DNA from: Candidatus Latescibacterota bacterium
Lineage (GTDB): Bacteria; Latescibacterota; UBA2968; GCA-2709665
NCBI GenBank assembly: GCA_965219995.1
Contig: CBDCOX010000002.1
Span: 2,432,001 to 2,496,000 of the forward strand
Length of the DNA stretch: 64,000 bases
Direction of reading: 5' to 3'
The notes under the pieces were generated by a model, which had not been told where the DNA came from, ran no database searches, and worked only from the letters and a program-made list of their open reading frames with translations. Of the stretch, positions 40,657-49,346 are shown piece by piece. The position numbers were made by a program, and so were the translations under genes. Each line of letters begins with the position of its first letter. Within the stretch, counting starts at the first letter, position 1.

Positions 40657-40740
40657 ACTCCCCCCTTGAGGGGGAGTCGCAGAAGCCGAGCCGGTCCCTG
40701 AGCTTGTCGAAGGGCCCGCGAAGGCTGATGCGGAGGGGGG
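40657..40740 (-). repeat. REP-like element (ACTCCCCC-TCAAG-GGGGGAGT family), copy 1
   Basis: Reverse complement of the elements at 56659-56790 and 58321-58464. Confidence 0.75.
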
Positions 40741-40883
40741 ATTTTAACTCCCTTCTTTAGCTGGGAGCAGGAAGAAACATGAACGTGTATTGCGTAGAAG
40801 TCTAACTGTATGCTTCATAGGGTTTCTTCGGTGTGGCCCTCTTGCGTCTCACCGACTTCGATCAGCGTGTCGATTTTCATAAC

Positions 40884-42110
40884 CTACAGGGTCAAAGGGT
40901 GAACTGACTGAGTAGGGAACTCACCAACTTTTCTCTTTTCCGACGGCCTGAAATCCGGGACGTCCAGGCACGCGTTCCCCTGTTCCACGGACTGAACGGC
41001 CACAATGGCCGGCGCCGTCAGTTCCGCCGACCGGTAGACGTTCAGCGGCGGGTCCGAATCGTTCAGAATGGCGTCCAGGAAAGACGAGAGCGCAAAGTAG
41101 TCCATATTCCCATGCCCGCTGCCCCTGGCCGCCTCGGGAAGGTCGTCCGGAGAAAACTTCCACTCGGCCTCCCGCATGGATTCCTCTCCGGAACTCTCCA
41201 GCCAGATCTTCGGCGTGTCCACGCCCTGAGGGCCGCCGTATATCTCCTCGGAACGGGCGGTCTCCACCTTTCCCTTGGTCCCTTCCAGGTGCCACCAGTG
41301 ATGGTCCCGGGGCGTCGCGTACGTAAACCCGACCGCCATCCGGACGATCGTATCCTTTTCGGTGTGCATCAACGCGACCTCGATATCCGAGGCGGGAATC
41401 CCTTCGTAATAATAGCTTTGAGTCCGCGTCCCCATGCACGTCACCCGCGTCACCCGGTCATCCAGAACCGTCAGGATGGGGCCCAGGTCGGTGGCCATGT
41501 ACAGGATCGGGTGCGGAAACCAGTTCCACATTCTGCTCTTCGCGGCCCTCGGATGATCCTCGGCGGCATCCAGATCGATCCGTTCGCCGGTTTCGGAATC
41601 GACCCAGAACCGGTCCGGCGTCATCCCGTGAAGATACTGCCCCTGGGCGAAGATGACATGGCCGAGTTCGCCCTCCCGGACCAGGCGGCGCCACGCTCTT
41701 ACAAACGGGTGGTACATCACCTGTTCCGCCATCTGAAACTTCAGACCGCTGCGCTCCACCGCCACCACGACCCGCCACAAGTCGTCCATATCGTACGTCA
41801 GCGACACCTCGCAGGCCGCGTGCTTCCCCGCGTCCATGGCCCGGCAGATCAGGTCCGGCTGGTCATGCGGCGCGGTCACGATCGCCACCGCGTCGACGTC
41901 CGCCTTCGCCAACATCTCGCCATAGTCGGTAAAGCACGCGATGTCCGGATCGCCGGCCTCCCGAAACGCCTGCGCCACCAGGGCGTCGACCCGGTCGCAC
42001 AATGCCGTCACGCGGCAGGTCTCGATCCGCAGCAGGTTCTTCATCCACGACAACCTCCCGCGCGGGCCCAGACCCACGATTCCGATCCGAATCGGTTTCT
42101 TTTTGGGCAT
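40884..42110 (-). CDS. Gfo/Idh/MocA family oxidoreductase (GH109-like), third paralog
   Basis: GLGPRG, AGKHAACEVS, VALMHTEKDT, GSGHGNMD. Confidence 0.9.
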   Translation of the reverse strand: MPKKKPIRIGIVGLGPRGRLSWMKNLLRIETCRVTALCDRVDALVAQAFREAGDPDIACFTDYGEMLAKADVDAVAIVTAPHDQPDLICRAMDAGKHAACEVSLTYDMDDLWRVVVAVERSGLKFQMAEQVMYHPFVRAWRRLVREGELGHVIFAQGQYLHGMTPDRFWVDSETGERIDLDAAEDHPRAAKSRMWNWFPHPILYMATDLGPILTVLDDRVTRVTCMGTRTQSYYYEGIPASDIEVALMHTEKDTIVRMAVGFTYATPRDHHWWHLEGTKGKVETARSEEIYGGPQGVDTPKIWLESSGEESMREAEWKFSPDDLPEAARGSGHGNMDYFALSSFLDAILNDSDPPLNVYRSAELTAPAIVAVQSVEQGNACLDVPDFRPSEKRKVGEFPTQSVHPLTL

Positions 42111-42127
42111 CCAACTCCTCCTAACTT

Positions 42128-42690
42128 CGGTAAGACGGGAGACGGGAGACGGGAGACGGTAGAGGACATCATTGCCCGGTTGGTCATTCCCTTATGCCTC
42201 CGGCAAGAAATGAAAACGCACAGGGCAATAAAACCGGTGAGACGCAAGACGGGAGACGGTAGATGACATCCTTGCCCGGTTAGTTACTCCCTTATGCCTC
42301 CGGCAAGAAATGAAGCCGCACAGGGCAAGAAAACCGGTGAGACGGGAGACGCAAGACGGTAGATGACATCCTTGCCCGGTTGGATCTTCCCTCTATGCCT
42401 CCGGCAAGACAAGAATCCGCACAGGGCAATAAAACCGGTGAGACGGTAGGGGAAAACGTTACCACAGTGCTTCCACATTAACCGTGCCTGCCAAATTGCC
42501 TTTATCGTATCCACCATAATGAACCAAACGGCACTCATTTTCTCTCCCCTCTTACGTCTAACGTCTCCCCGCTTCTGAGGGGTCGGGGGGAGAGGTCTGC
42601 GCGCATATCAGCGGCAAATTTCGCCAGGCCGTTTCGTAATCCTATGGGCGCGGGCTGTCATCTCACGTCTCCCGTCTCACGTCTCCCCCG
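42128..42690. repeat. Heptamer-armed palindromic repeat cluster D (3 cores, ~100-bp period)
   Basis: Three tandem L-core units, further arm, then CGTCTC right arms and the TGAGGGGTCGGGGGAGAGGTC spacer. Confidence 0.88.
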
Positions 42691-42806
42691 GGGAAGAGGG
42701 TCGAGGAAGGGGGAACCGTAATCGCTTGACGGGCCGTTTGCGGTTGAAATTGAAAGAGAAACGGCAGCCGGATATCAGGCTGCCATTCATCATTCGGAAT
42801 ATACGG

Positions 42807-43256
42807 TCAGCGAGTGCCATGGGGATCCCCCGATGCGAGGTATTCATCGTGCCTGGAGGAGACTTGTGGATCAGGGTGTGTAATTGCGCCAACGAACCGT
42901 AGGATGTCACCGGCATATATCAGTCCCTGTTCGCTCTGAAGTGGACCATAGTGTTCGTAGGCTGCTCCTTCAGGGTGCAAGTTCGGGCAACGGGTTGGTA
43001 TGAAGTAGTTGTCGAGCGACCGTCCTTGTTCGACGAGGCGCTGGGGCGGCGGATCCGAAAGTTCCGACAGAAGGCGGGCGACAACGTGGCGGCGTGCGCG
43101 CGTTCCGCTGGCGAGATGGAGCGCCTTGACGGCTCTTTCCGCGGCCTGGTGCGCGGCGAAGCAGGCCCAGTCGTGACGGCCGTCATTGCGTGAAGCCGTT
43201 GCCTGTTCCAAGTCGTGCTCCGCCTGGGCGAGCCAATCCCGCCATCGCTGCGCCAT
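42807..43256 (-). CDS. HEPN domain protein (C-terminus probably non-native)
   Basis: WLAQAEHDLE.A...WACFAAHQAAE.A.KA, LD.Y.IPTR.P; start MAQRW at 43256. Confidence 0.8.
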   Translation of the reverse strand: MAQRWRDWLAQAEHDLEQATASRNDGRHDWACFAAHQAAERAVKALHLASGTRARRHVVARLLSELSDPPPQRLVEQGRSLDNYFIPTRCPNLHPEGAAYEHYGPLQSEQGLIYAGDILRFVGAITHPDPQVSSRHDEYLASGDPHGTR

Positions 43257-43431
43257 CCTGCCTCTCCATCCCTGGTCGCAAATTATCCGGATTCTTCTTG
43301 ATCCGCCCCGGCATTTCGTATGACTTCCGGTGTTGCGACTGCCCCTTTGCGTGGAAGCCAAAATATCCCTAATCGAAAGCATAAGCAAGGGGAAATGGTC
43401 CAGCGGCCGCCGTCCGGCGAAGGATAATGCA

Positions 43432-43460
43432 TTGACTGGAGGTGTACCGATATATACCTT
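43432..43460 (+). promoter_or_regulatory. Putative sigma70 promoter upstream of MNT gene
   Basis: TTGACT - 17 bp - TACCTT. Confidence 0.4.
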
Positions 43461-43558
43461 TTATACCTTTGCACCATTTCGCGGTCGTGTTCGTCAGAAC
43501 CTGGAGGAGTGAATAACGCCGAACGCCGCGTTTGGAGACAATCAGAAGGACATGATCT

Positions 43559-43849
43559 ATGAACAGAGATGAAGCTCTCAAGCTGCTCCGCGAGCACAAG
43601 GCAATCCTTGCACAGCGCTTTGGGGTTGTGGACCTTGCCCTGTTCGGGTCAATCGTCCGCAACCGGGCTACGGACAACAGCGACGTGGACGTCCTGGTAA
43701 ATTTCGACTCGCCGGCGACGTCAAAGCGGTATTTCGGAGTTCAGTTCTACATCGAAGACCTGCTGGGACGCCCAGTTGATCTGGTAACGGACAAAGCATT
43801 ACGAGCGGAGATGCGTCCATATATCAAGCGGGAGATGATCGTTGTCTGA
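43559..43849 (+). CDS. Minimal nucleotidyltransferase (MNT antitoxin family)
   Basis: LFGS..R......SDVDVLV, LGRPVDLVT. Confidence 0.88.
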   Translation: MNRDEALKLLREHKAILAQRFGVVDLALFGSIVRNRATDNSDVDVLVNFDSPATSKRYFGVQFYIEDLLGRPVDLVTDKALRAEMRPYIKREMIVV

Positions 43850-43869
43850 CGTCAATACGGAGATTGATC

Positions 43870-44088
43870 ATGAAGTCATTCGAGAGGATCACCATCGATC
43901 CAGAGGTCATGGGCGGCAAAGCATGCATTCGTGGTCTGCGCGTTACGGTTGGAACTGTCGTCGGACTCCTGGCGGCGGGCCGCTCGCGCGAGGAAATCCT
44001 CAAGGAATATCCCTACATTGAACGGGAAGACATCGATCAATCCATGGGCTACGCCGTGGAGAAAGTAAGAAGTAAGAATGAAAAATGA
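43870..44088 (+). CDS. DUF433 domain antitoxin (C-terminus runs into heptamer tract)
   Basis: ITIDPEVMGGKACIRGLRVTV...EEILKEYPY.EREDI. Confidence 0.88.
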   Translation: MKSFERITIDPEVMGGKACIRGLRVTVGTVVGLLAAGRSREEILKEYPYIEREDIDQSMGYAVEKVRSKNEK

Positions 44089-44858
44089 AGAAGGGAAAAT
44101 CGCGGCACTGATAAGCCGAATGACGTGTAGGCGTCATGAAGGAGGAACGAGAAAGGAAAAACGAAAAATGAAGAAAGGAAAATCGTGTGGCTGATGAGCT
44201 GAATGTCAAGAAAAATGGCAAGAGGAAGCAGGAAGACGCGGCTGATCTGCGGTCTCGGACGAAGGCATTCGCGCTGCAGGTCATTCGCCTGTATTCGGGT
44301 CTTCCCAGGCGAGCCGAGGCACAAGTCATCGGCCGGCAAATGATCCGTTCCGGAACGTCGGTGGGAGCGAATTACCGTGAGGCATATCGCGCACGGAGCA
44401 AAGCGGAGTTCATTGCAAAGGCTGGCGAGTGTTTGAAGGAGATCGAAGAGACCAGTTATTGGCTTGAGTTGCTCGTGGACTCAGGAATCGTTACCGAGGA
44501 GCGACTTGCAGACCTGACAAATGAGTGCGGTGAACTGACCGCGATTTTCGTCGCTTCAATTCGGACGGCGAAGAGAAACAAAGAGAAATGAAGAAGGAGG
44601 AAGGGAAAAGGAAAAACGAAAAAGGAAGAATGAAAAAGGAGAAATCTCGTGATGGAGTAGAGAGGTGATTTCCGTTTGTCCTACTCTTTTCATTCCTCCT
44701 TACATCAGATCGAACCCCTGCGACAGGCCACATGCTCTTCCTGCTTTCATTTCTTCGTTCTTCATTCGGCCTTCTTCCTTCAGCTTGAAACCCCGCGGCA
44801 GACCACGCGCTTATCCTGCTTTTAATTCTTCATTCTGCATTCTTCCTTCTTCCTTTTT
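44063..44858. repeat. Purine heptamer tracts and complementary pyrimidine tracts bracketing the four-helix-bundle gene
   Basis: AA(T/G/C)GAA(A/G)-type runs at 44063, 44139, 44587; (C/T)TTC(A/C/G)TT-type runs at ~44667, ~44745, ~44821. Confidence 0.8.
44187..44591 (+). CDS. Four helix bundle protein (TIGR02436 / 23S rRNA IVS-like family)
   Basis: DLRSRTKAFAL.VI.L, Q.IRSGTSVGANYREA.RARSKAEFIAK, KE.EET.YWLELL. Confidence 0.92.
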   Translation: MADELNVKKNGKRKQEDAADLRSRTKAFALQVIRLYSGLPRRAEAQVIGRQMIRSGTSVGANYREAYRARSKAEFIAKAGECLKEIEETSYWLELLVDSGIVTEERLADLTNECGELTAIFVASIRTAKRNKEK

Positions 44859-44870
44859 TATGAGAATATC

Positions 44871-45107
44871 GTGCCCAAGGTCAGCGCTAGACGACAGATA
44901 ACGCTACCGGCCGATCAGTGCCGTTTGGCCGGCATTGAGCCAGGTGACGAGTGCCTGAGTTTCGTGGATGATGGCGGCATCACCATCGTCCGCCAGCAGC
45001 CCGGTAGGGCATGGGGATGCTTGGCGCGCCTTGAAGGCGAACCGACGGATTCAGATGAGGCGTCGCTCCAGGACGCCATTGAAAGCAAGCGGAGCCAAAC
45101 GCCTTGA
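44871..45107 (+). CDS. AbrB/MazE/SpoVT family antitoxin
   Basis: KVSARRQITLP...AGIEPGD. Confidence 0.8.
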   Translation: MPKVSARRQITLPADQCRLAGIEPGDECLSFVDDGGITIVRQQPGRAWGCLARLEGEPTDSDEASLQDAIESKRSQTP

Positions 45108-45168
45108 TCGCGATCGACACCCATGTCCTGCCGCGCTATCTTTCGAGAGACGACGAAGCGCAGGTTGA
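45104..45168 (+). pseudogene. 5' stub of PIN/VapC toxin
   Basis: TTG overlapping antitoxin stop, MIAIDTHVLPRYLSRDDEAQ, broken by IS21-like end at 45169. Confidence 0.65.
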
Positions 45169-45279
45169 CGTTAATGATCACCGATATGCACCATCGTAGG
45201 GCCTTACATATCAGATCTCCCTACATTAAAGATGTTTTGTATCATCACCAGTGTAGGGATACCCCCTCCAAATGTTAAG

Positions 45280-45318
45280 AAAAGGCCCTGGGCTGTTCAT
45301 CACAGCCCAGGGCCTTTT
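45280..45318. terminator. Bidirectional intrinsic terminator
   Basis: Perfect 17-bp inverted repeat AAAAGGCCCTGGGCTGT-tcatc-ACAGCCCAGGGCCTTTT. Confidence 0.8.
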
Positions 45319-45333
45319 GAGGGGTGTAAAACC

Positions 45334-45501
45334 TTATTTATTCGAACTTTTGTTCCCACTGCTGCGATTCAATTGCACAGAGCGATTGTCCCTCGCAGCC
45401 TTATGCGCAGGGCTGGTCGGATTATGCTGATTCGCGTGGTGATTACGGTCGCCCTGGGACCAGTTACTACTGCCTTTGCCGCTGCCTTTACCTCGACCCA
45501 T
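45334..45501 (-). CDS. Small 55-aa hydrophilic protein with N..NQ.NP-type repeats
   Basis: Not in ORF track; AAGGGGGTGA RBS, MGRGKGSGKGSSNWSQGDRNHHANQHNPTSPAHKAARDNRSVQLNRSSGNKSSNK, followed by terminator. Confidence 0.7.
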   Translation of the reverse strand: MGRGKGSGKGSSNWSQGDRNHHANQHNPTSPAHKAARDNRSVQLNRSSGNKSSNK

Positions 45502-45716
45502 TTCTGATCACCCCCTTTAATTTGAAGGTCTGTGGTCTTAGATTCGCGAACCAACACATAGGTTTCACTCTGTCAACACACATAACCGAAATCAGCCAAC
45601 GCCCTATCTAGCTTTACCGCTTGCCCTTCGCGGTCCGGCCACCGCACTGCTCAAACCGCTCAATACAAAGCCCCTGCAGCAAGTCCGTGTCCTATCCAGT
45701 TGAATATCCGGGTCTC

Positions 45717-45812
45717 CGTAAATGATCGGCCTAATGCGGCCACTTCAGGATCGGCCTAATCAGGCCACCTGGTAACAATTGGGGCTTCGGACTTCCCGTC
45801 ACTGTTTCTACC
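45717..45812 (+). mobile_element. IS21-like terminal repeat module (left boundary of defence island)
   Basis: 25-bp-period GATCGGCCTAATGCGGCCAC units plus tail nearly identical to 56345-56436. Confidence 0.65.
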
Positions 45813-46011
45813 AACATGAACCCCTCGGGACAGCCCACGCGCTTATCCTGCTTTTATTTCTTCCTTCTGCATTTTTCCTTATAGATAGCGGCTGCGTGTT
45901 GCTCGTGCTGCCAAGCAGATGACCCCGATGAAAGATCTCATCGGGGTCTCTTTGTGTGTCGCACAACGCGTCGAACTGGTCGCGAAATGCGTCATATTCG
46001 GCTGAGCCGCA

Positions 46012-46040
46012 TTGACCAACAATGAAGATTGTCGTATATT
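46012..46040 (+). promoter_or_regulatory. Putative sigma70 promoter for hsd/prrC operon
   Basis: TTGACC - 17 bp - TATATT, followed by imperfect AT-rich palindrome 46042-46071. Confidence 0.5.
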
Positions 46041-46131
46041 GCGACTTCTATATAGGATAACATATATAGTCCGATCGAATTAGACGAGTTTACGAAACGG
46101 GGCGTTCGCAGGGACTGACATTTCCCGCGCT

Positions 46132-46212
46132 CGGGAACTGAATGCGCGCGACAGAATCGACGCGATGTTGAATCAGGCCGGCTGGAAGGTGCAGTCAAAG
46201 AACGAGATCGAC
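46132..46212 (+). pseudogene. N-terminal stub of a different type I HsdR (EcoEI/EcoKI-like)
   Basis: ELNARDRIDAMLNQAGWKVQSKNEID resembles the E..AR..ID..L..AGW.VQ HsdR N-terminal motif; no start, no continuation. Confidence 0.55.
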
Positions 46213-46313
46213 TCCTTCATCCGCGTTATCGAATCCAACATCGGCTCGCGTTCGCATTCAACACTGGACATTCGGACCCTTTCAGCAGACGCCAAGAGGA
46301 GTAAGTCCCCGCG

Positions 46314-49300
46314 ATGGCGATGATCACGCCCGAACGCAAGCTTGAAGAGTCCCTTGTCGCGAAGCTACGGGACCTCAAGTACGAATATCGCTCCGACATC
46401 CGCGATCGATCCACGCTTGAAGCAAACTTCAGGGAAAAATTCGAAGCCCTGAACCGTGTCAACCTCACGGATGGCGAGTTCGAACGGCTTCTCGACGAGA
46501 TCGTCACACCAGACGTTTACGAAGCCGCCCGAACCCTCCGCAACCGGGAAGCGTTCGAACGCGACGACGGTACACCGCTCAACTACACCCTCGTCAACAT
46601 CAAGGATTGGTGCAAGAACACCTTCGAGGTCGTCAATCAGCTCCGCATCAATACGGACTACAGCCATCACCGCTACGACGTCATGCTCCTGATCAACGGC
46701 ATCCCTGTCGTTCAAGTTGAACTAAAGACGCTTGGCATCAGCCCCCGGCGGGCGATGAAGCAGATCGCCGAATACAAGAGCGACCCCGGCAACGGATACA
46801 CCAAGACGCTTCTTTGCTTCATCCAGCTCTTCATCGTCAGCAACCGCACGGACACGTGGTACTTCGCCAACAACAACGCGCGGCACTTCGCCTTCGACGC
46901 GGACGAGCGGTTCCTTCCGATCTACCGGTACGCGGACGAGGACAACACGACGATCGCCTATCTCGACGAATTCGCCGAACGATTCCTCGCCAAGTGCACG
47001 CTCGGCGAGGTGATCAGCAAGTACATGGTTCTCATCGCGAGCGAGCAGAGGCTCCTGGTGATGCGCCCGTACCAGATCTATGCCGTCAAGGCCATCGTCG
47101 AATGCATCGATCAGAACAGTGGTAACGGATATATCTGGCACACGACCGGCTCGGGAAAGACGCTCACCTCTTTCAAGGCTTCGACGCTCCTCAAGACCAA
47201 CGAGAGCATCCACAAGTGCCTCTTCGTCGTCGACCGCAAGGACCTCGACCGCCAGACCCGCGAGGAGTTCAACCGGTTCCAGGAGAACTGCGTCGAGGAA
47301 AACACCAACACCGCGGCGCTCGTCCGGCGCCTCCAGTCCGATGACTACGCGGACAAGGTCATCGTCACGACCATCCAGAAGCTCGGGCTCGCACTCGACG
47401 AGAACAGCAGGCGCAACAAGCAGAACATCGCGCAAGGGAAGTCAACGTTCAAACAGGAGCTTGAGCAACTCCGCGACAAGCGGATGGTCTTCATCTTTGA
47501 TGAGTGCCATAGGTCACAGTTCGGCGAAAACCACAAAGCCATCAAGCAGTTCTTCCCGAACTCTCAACTCTTCGGCTTCACTGGCACCCCGATTTTCGAG
47601 GACAACGCGACCATCAGGCAGATCGAGGGTGACGTTTCCACCCTTCGAACCACAAAAGACCTCTTTCAGAAAAAGCTCCACGCCTACACCATCACCCACG
47701 CGATCGAGGATCGGAACGTCCTCCGCTTCCACGTCGACTACTATAAGCAAAAGAACGTCCCCGCCCTCAAGCCAGGTCAGACCGTCGCCAAGCAGGCGGT
47801 CGCTCAGGCGATCCTCGACAAGCACGATGCCGCGACCAGCAGACGACGCTTCAACGCGCTGTTTGCCACCGCCTCCATCAACGACGCCATCGAGTACTAC
47901 GAAGTCTTCAGGAACCTCCAGGCCGAGCGCCAGACCACCGACCCTGAGTTCGTGCCTCTCAAGATCGCCGCGGTCTTCTCGCCGCCGGCGGAGGGCAACA
48001 AAGACGTCCAGCAGATTCAGGAGGATCTTCCCCAGGAGAAGGAGGACAACCGGCACGACCCCGAGGGCAAGAAGAACGCGCTCAGGGCCATCATTGCGGA
48101 CTACAACCAGCAGTACGACACGAACCACGACATCAACAACTTCGACCTCTATTACCAAGACCTCCAGCAGCGCATCAAGGACCAGCAATTCCCCAATCGC
48201 GACATGCCCGAAAAGGGCGCCGAGAAGATCGACATCACTATCGTCGTCGAAATGCTCCTCACCGGCTTCGACGCCTTGTACCTCAACACACTCTACGTCG
48301 ACAAGAACCTCAAGCACCACAGCCTGATCCAGGCCTTCTCCCGCACCAACCGCATTCTTAACGCGACCAAGCCCTACGGCCAGGTAATTGACTTCCGGCA
48401 GCAGCAAGACAGCGTCGACGCCGCCATCGCTCTCTTTTCCGGTGCGCAGGCTGACCGGGCCCGCGAGATCTGGCTGGTGGACAAGGCTCCCGTCGTCATC
48501 GACAACTTCAAACAGGCTGTCGCCGCCCTCGGCCAGTTCATGCAGTCGCAGGGCCTCGAAGCCAGGCCGGATCAGGTGAACAACCTGATGGGCGACGTCG
48601 CGCGCGCCCAGTTCATTAATTGGTTCAAGGATGTCCAGCGCCTCAAGACGCAGCTCGATCAGTACACCGACCTCACCGACGAGCAGCGCGAGCAGATTGA
48701 GAAGGCCCTCCCCATGGACAACCTCCGCGCCTTCCGCGGCGCTTACCTCGAAACCGCCCAGCGCCTGAAAGAGCAACAGGGGATGCCCGCCGGCGACGGC
48801 GATCCGGCCAATCTCGAGGTTCACCAGCTCGACTTCGAGTTCGTCCTCTTCGCCTCCGCCCTCATCGACTACGACTACATCATGAAGCTGATCGCCAGGT
48901 ACTCGACTCAGGACCCGATGAAGCTGACGATTAGCCGAGAGCAACTCATTGGTCTGATTCAGTCCGACGCGAACTTCCTCGACGAGCGGGAGGAGATCAC
49001 CGACTACGTCCGCTCACTTAAGGAGGGCGAAGGCCTCGACGAGGCCGAGGTCCGCACTGGCTACGAGCAGTTCAAGGCCGATAAGCAGGCCATGGAAATC
49101 GTGAACCTCGCCCAAGCCCACGGTCTGACGACCCAGTCCCTATCGGCCTTCGTCGACACCATCCTCCAGCGCATGATCTTCGACGGGGAGCAGCTCACCG
49201 ACCTTATGGAACCGCTCGAACTTGGCTGGCGTGATCGCCGTCAGCGCGAACTCGCATTGATGGCGGATCTCGTTCCACTGCTGAACAAGCGGGCCCACGG

Positions 49301-49334
49301 GAGGGACATCTCGGGCCTTAACGCCTACGAGTAG
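46314..49334 (+). CDS. hsdR: Type I restriction enzyme R subunit (EcoR124I-like)
   Basis: RYDV.LLING.P..QVELK nuclease, WHTTGSGKT, DECHRSQ, FGFTGTP, MLLTGFD, QAFSRTNR. Confidence 0.95.
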   Translation: MAMITPERKLEESLVAKLRDLKYEYRSDIRDRSTLEANFREKFEALNRVNLTDGEFERLLDEIVTPDVYEAARTLRNREAFERDDGTPLNYTLVNIKDWCKNTFEVVNQLRINTDYSHHRYDVMLLINGIPVVQVELKTLGISPRRAMKQIAEYKSDPGNGYTKTLLCFIQLFIVSNRTDTWYFANNNARHFAFDADERFLPIYRYADEDNTTIAYLDEFAERFLAKCTLGEVISKYMVLIASEQRLLVMRPYQIYAVKAIVECIDQNSGNGYIWHTTGSGKTLTSFKASTLLKTNESIHKCLFVVDRKDLDRQTREEFNRFQENCVEENTNTAALVRRLQSDDYADKVIVTTIQKLGLALDENSRRNKQNIAQGKSTFKQELEQLRDKRMVFIFDECHRSQFGENHKAIKQFFPNSQLFGFTGTPIFEDNATIRQIEGDVSTLRTTKDLFQKKLHAYTITHAIEDRNVLRFHVDYYKQKNVPALKPGQTVAKQAVAQAILDKHDAATSRRRFNALFATASINDAIEYYEVFRNLQAERQTTDPEFVPLKIAAVFSPPAEGNKDVQQIQEDLPQEKEDNRHDPEGKKNALRAIIADYNQQYDTNHDINNFDLYYQDLQQRIKDQQFPNRDMPEKGAEKIDITIVVEMLLTGFDALYLNTLYVDKNLKHHSLIQAFSRTNRILNATKPYGQVIDFRQQQDSVDAAIALFSGAQADRAREIWLVDKAPVVIDNFKQAVAALGQFMQSQGLEARPDQVNNLMGDVARAQFINWFKDVQRLKTQLDQYTDLTDEQREQIEKALPMDNLRAFRGAYLETAQRLKEQQGMPAGDGDPANLEVHQLDFEFVLFASALIDYDYIMKLIARYSTQDPMKLTISREQLIGLIQSDANFLDEREEITDYVRSLKEGEGLDEAEVRTGYEQFKADKQAMEIVNLAQAHGLTTQSLSAFVDTILQRMIFDGEQLTDLMEPLELGWRDRRQRELALMADLVPLLNKRAHGRDISGLNAYE

Positions 49335-49346
49335 GAGGGGCGCGCG

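Noticed and set aside
44187-44591. Diversity-generating retroelement (Avd) or rRNA intervening sequence
   Set aside because: No reverse transcriptase, TR/VR pair or rRNA sequence in the window
45590-45700. Integron attC site upstream of the microprotein
   Set aside because: No proper GTTRRRY/RYYYAAC pair and no integrase
45921-45953. Hairpin GACCCCGATGA/TCATCGGGGTC as an ncRNA
   Set aside because: Only an 11-bp stem with a weak U-tract; at most an insulating terminator before the hsd promoter
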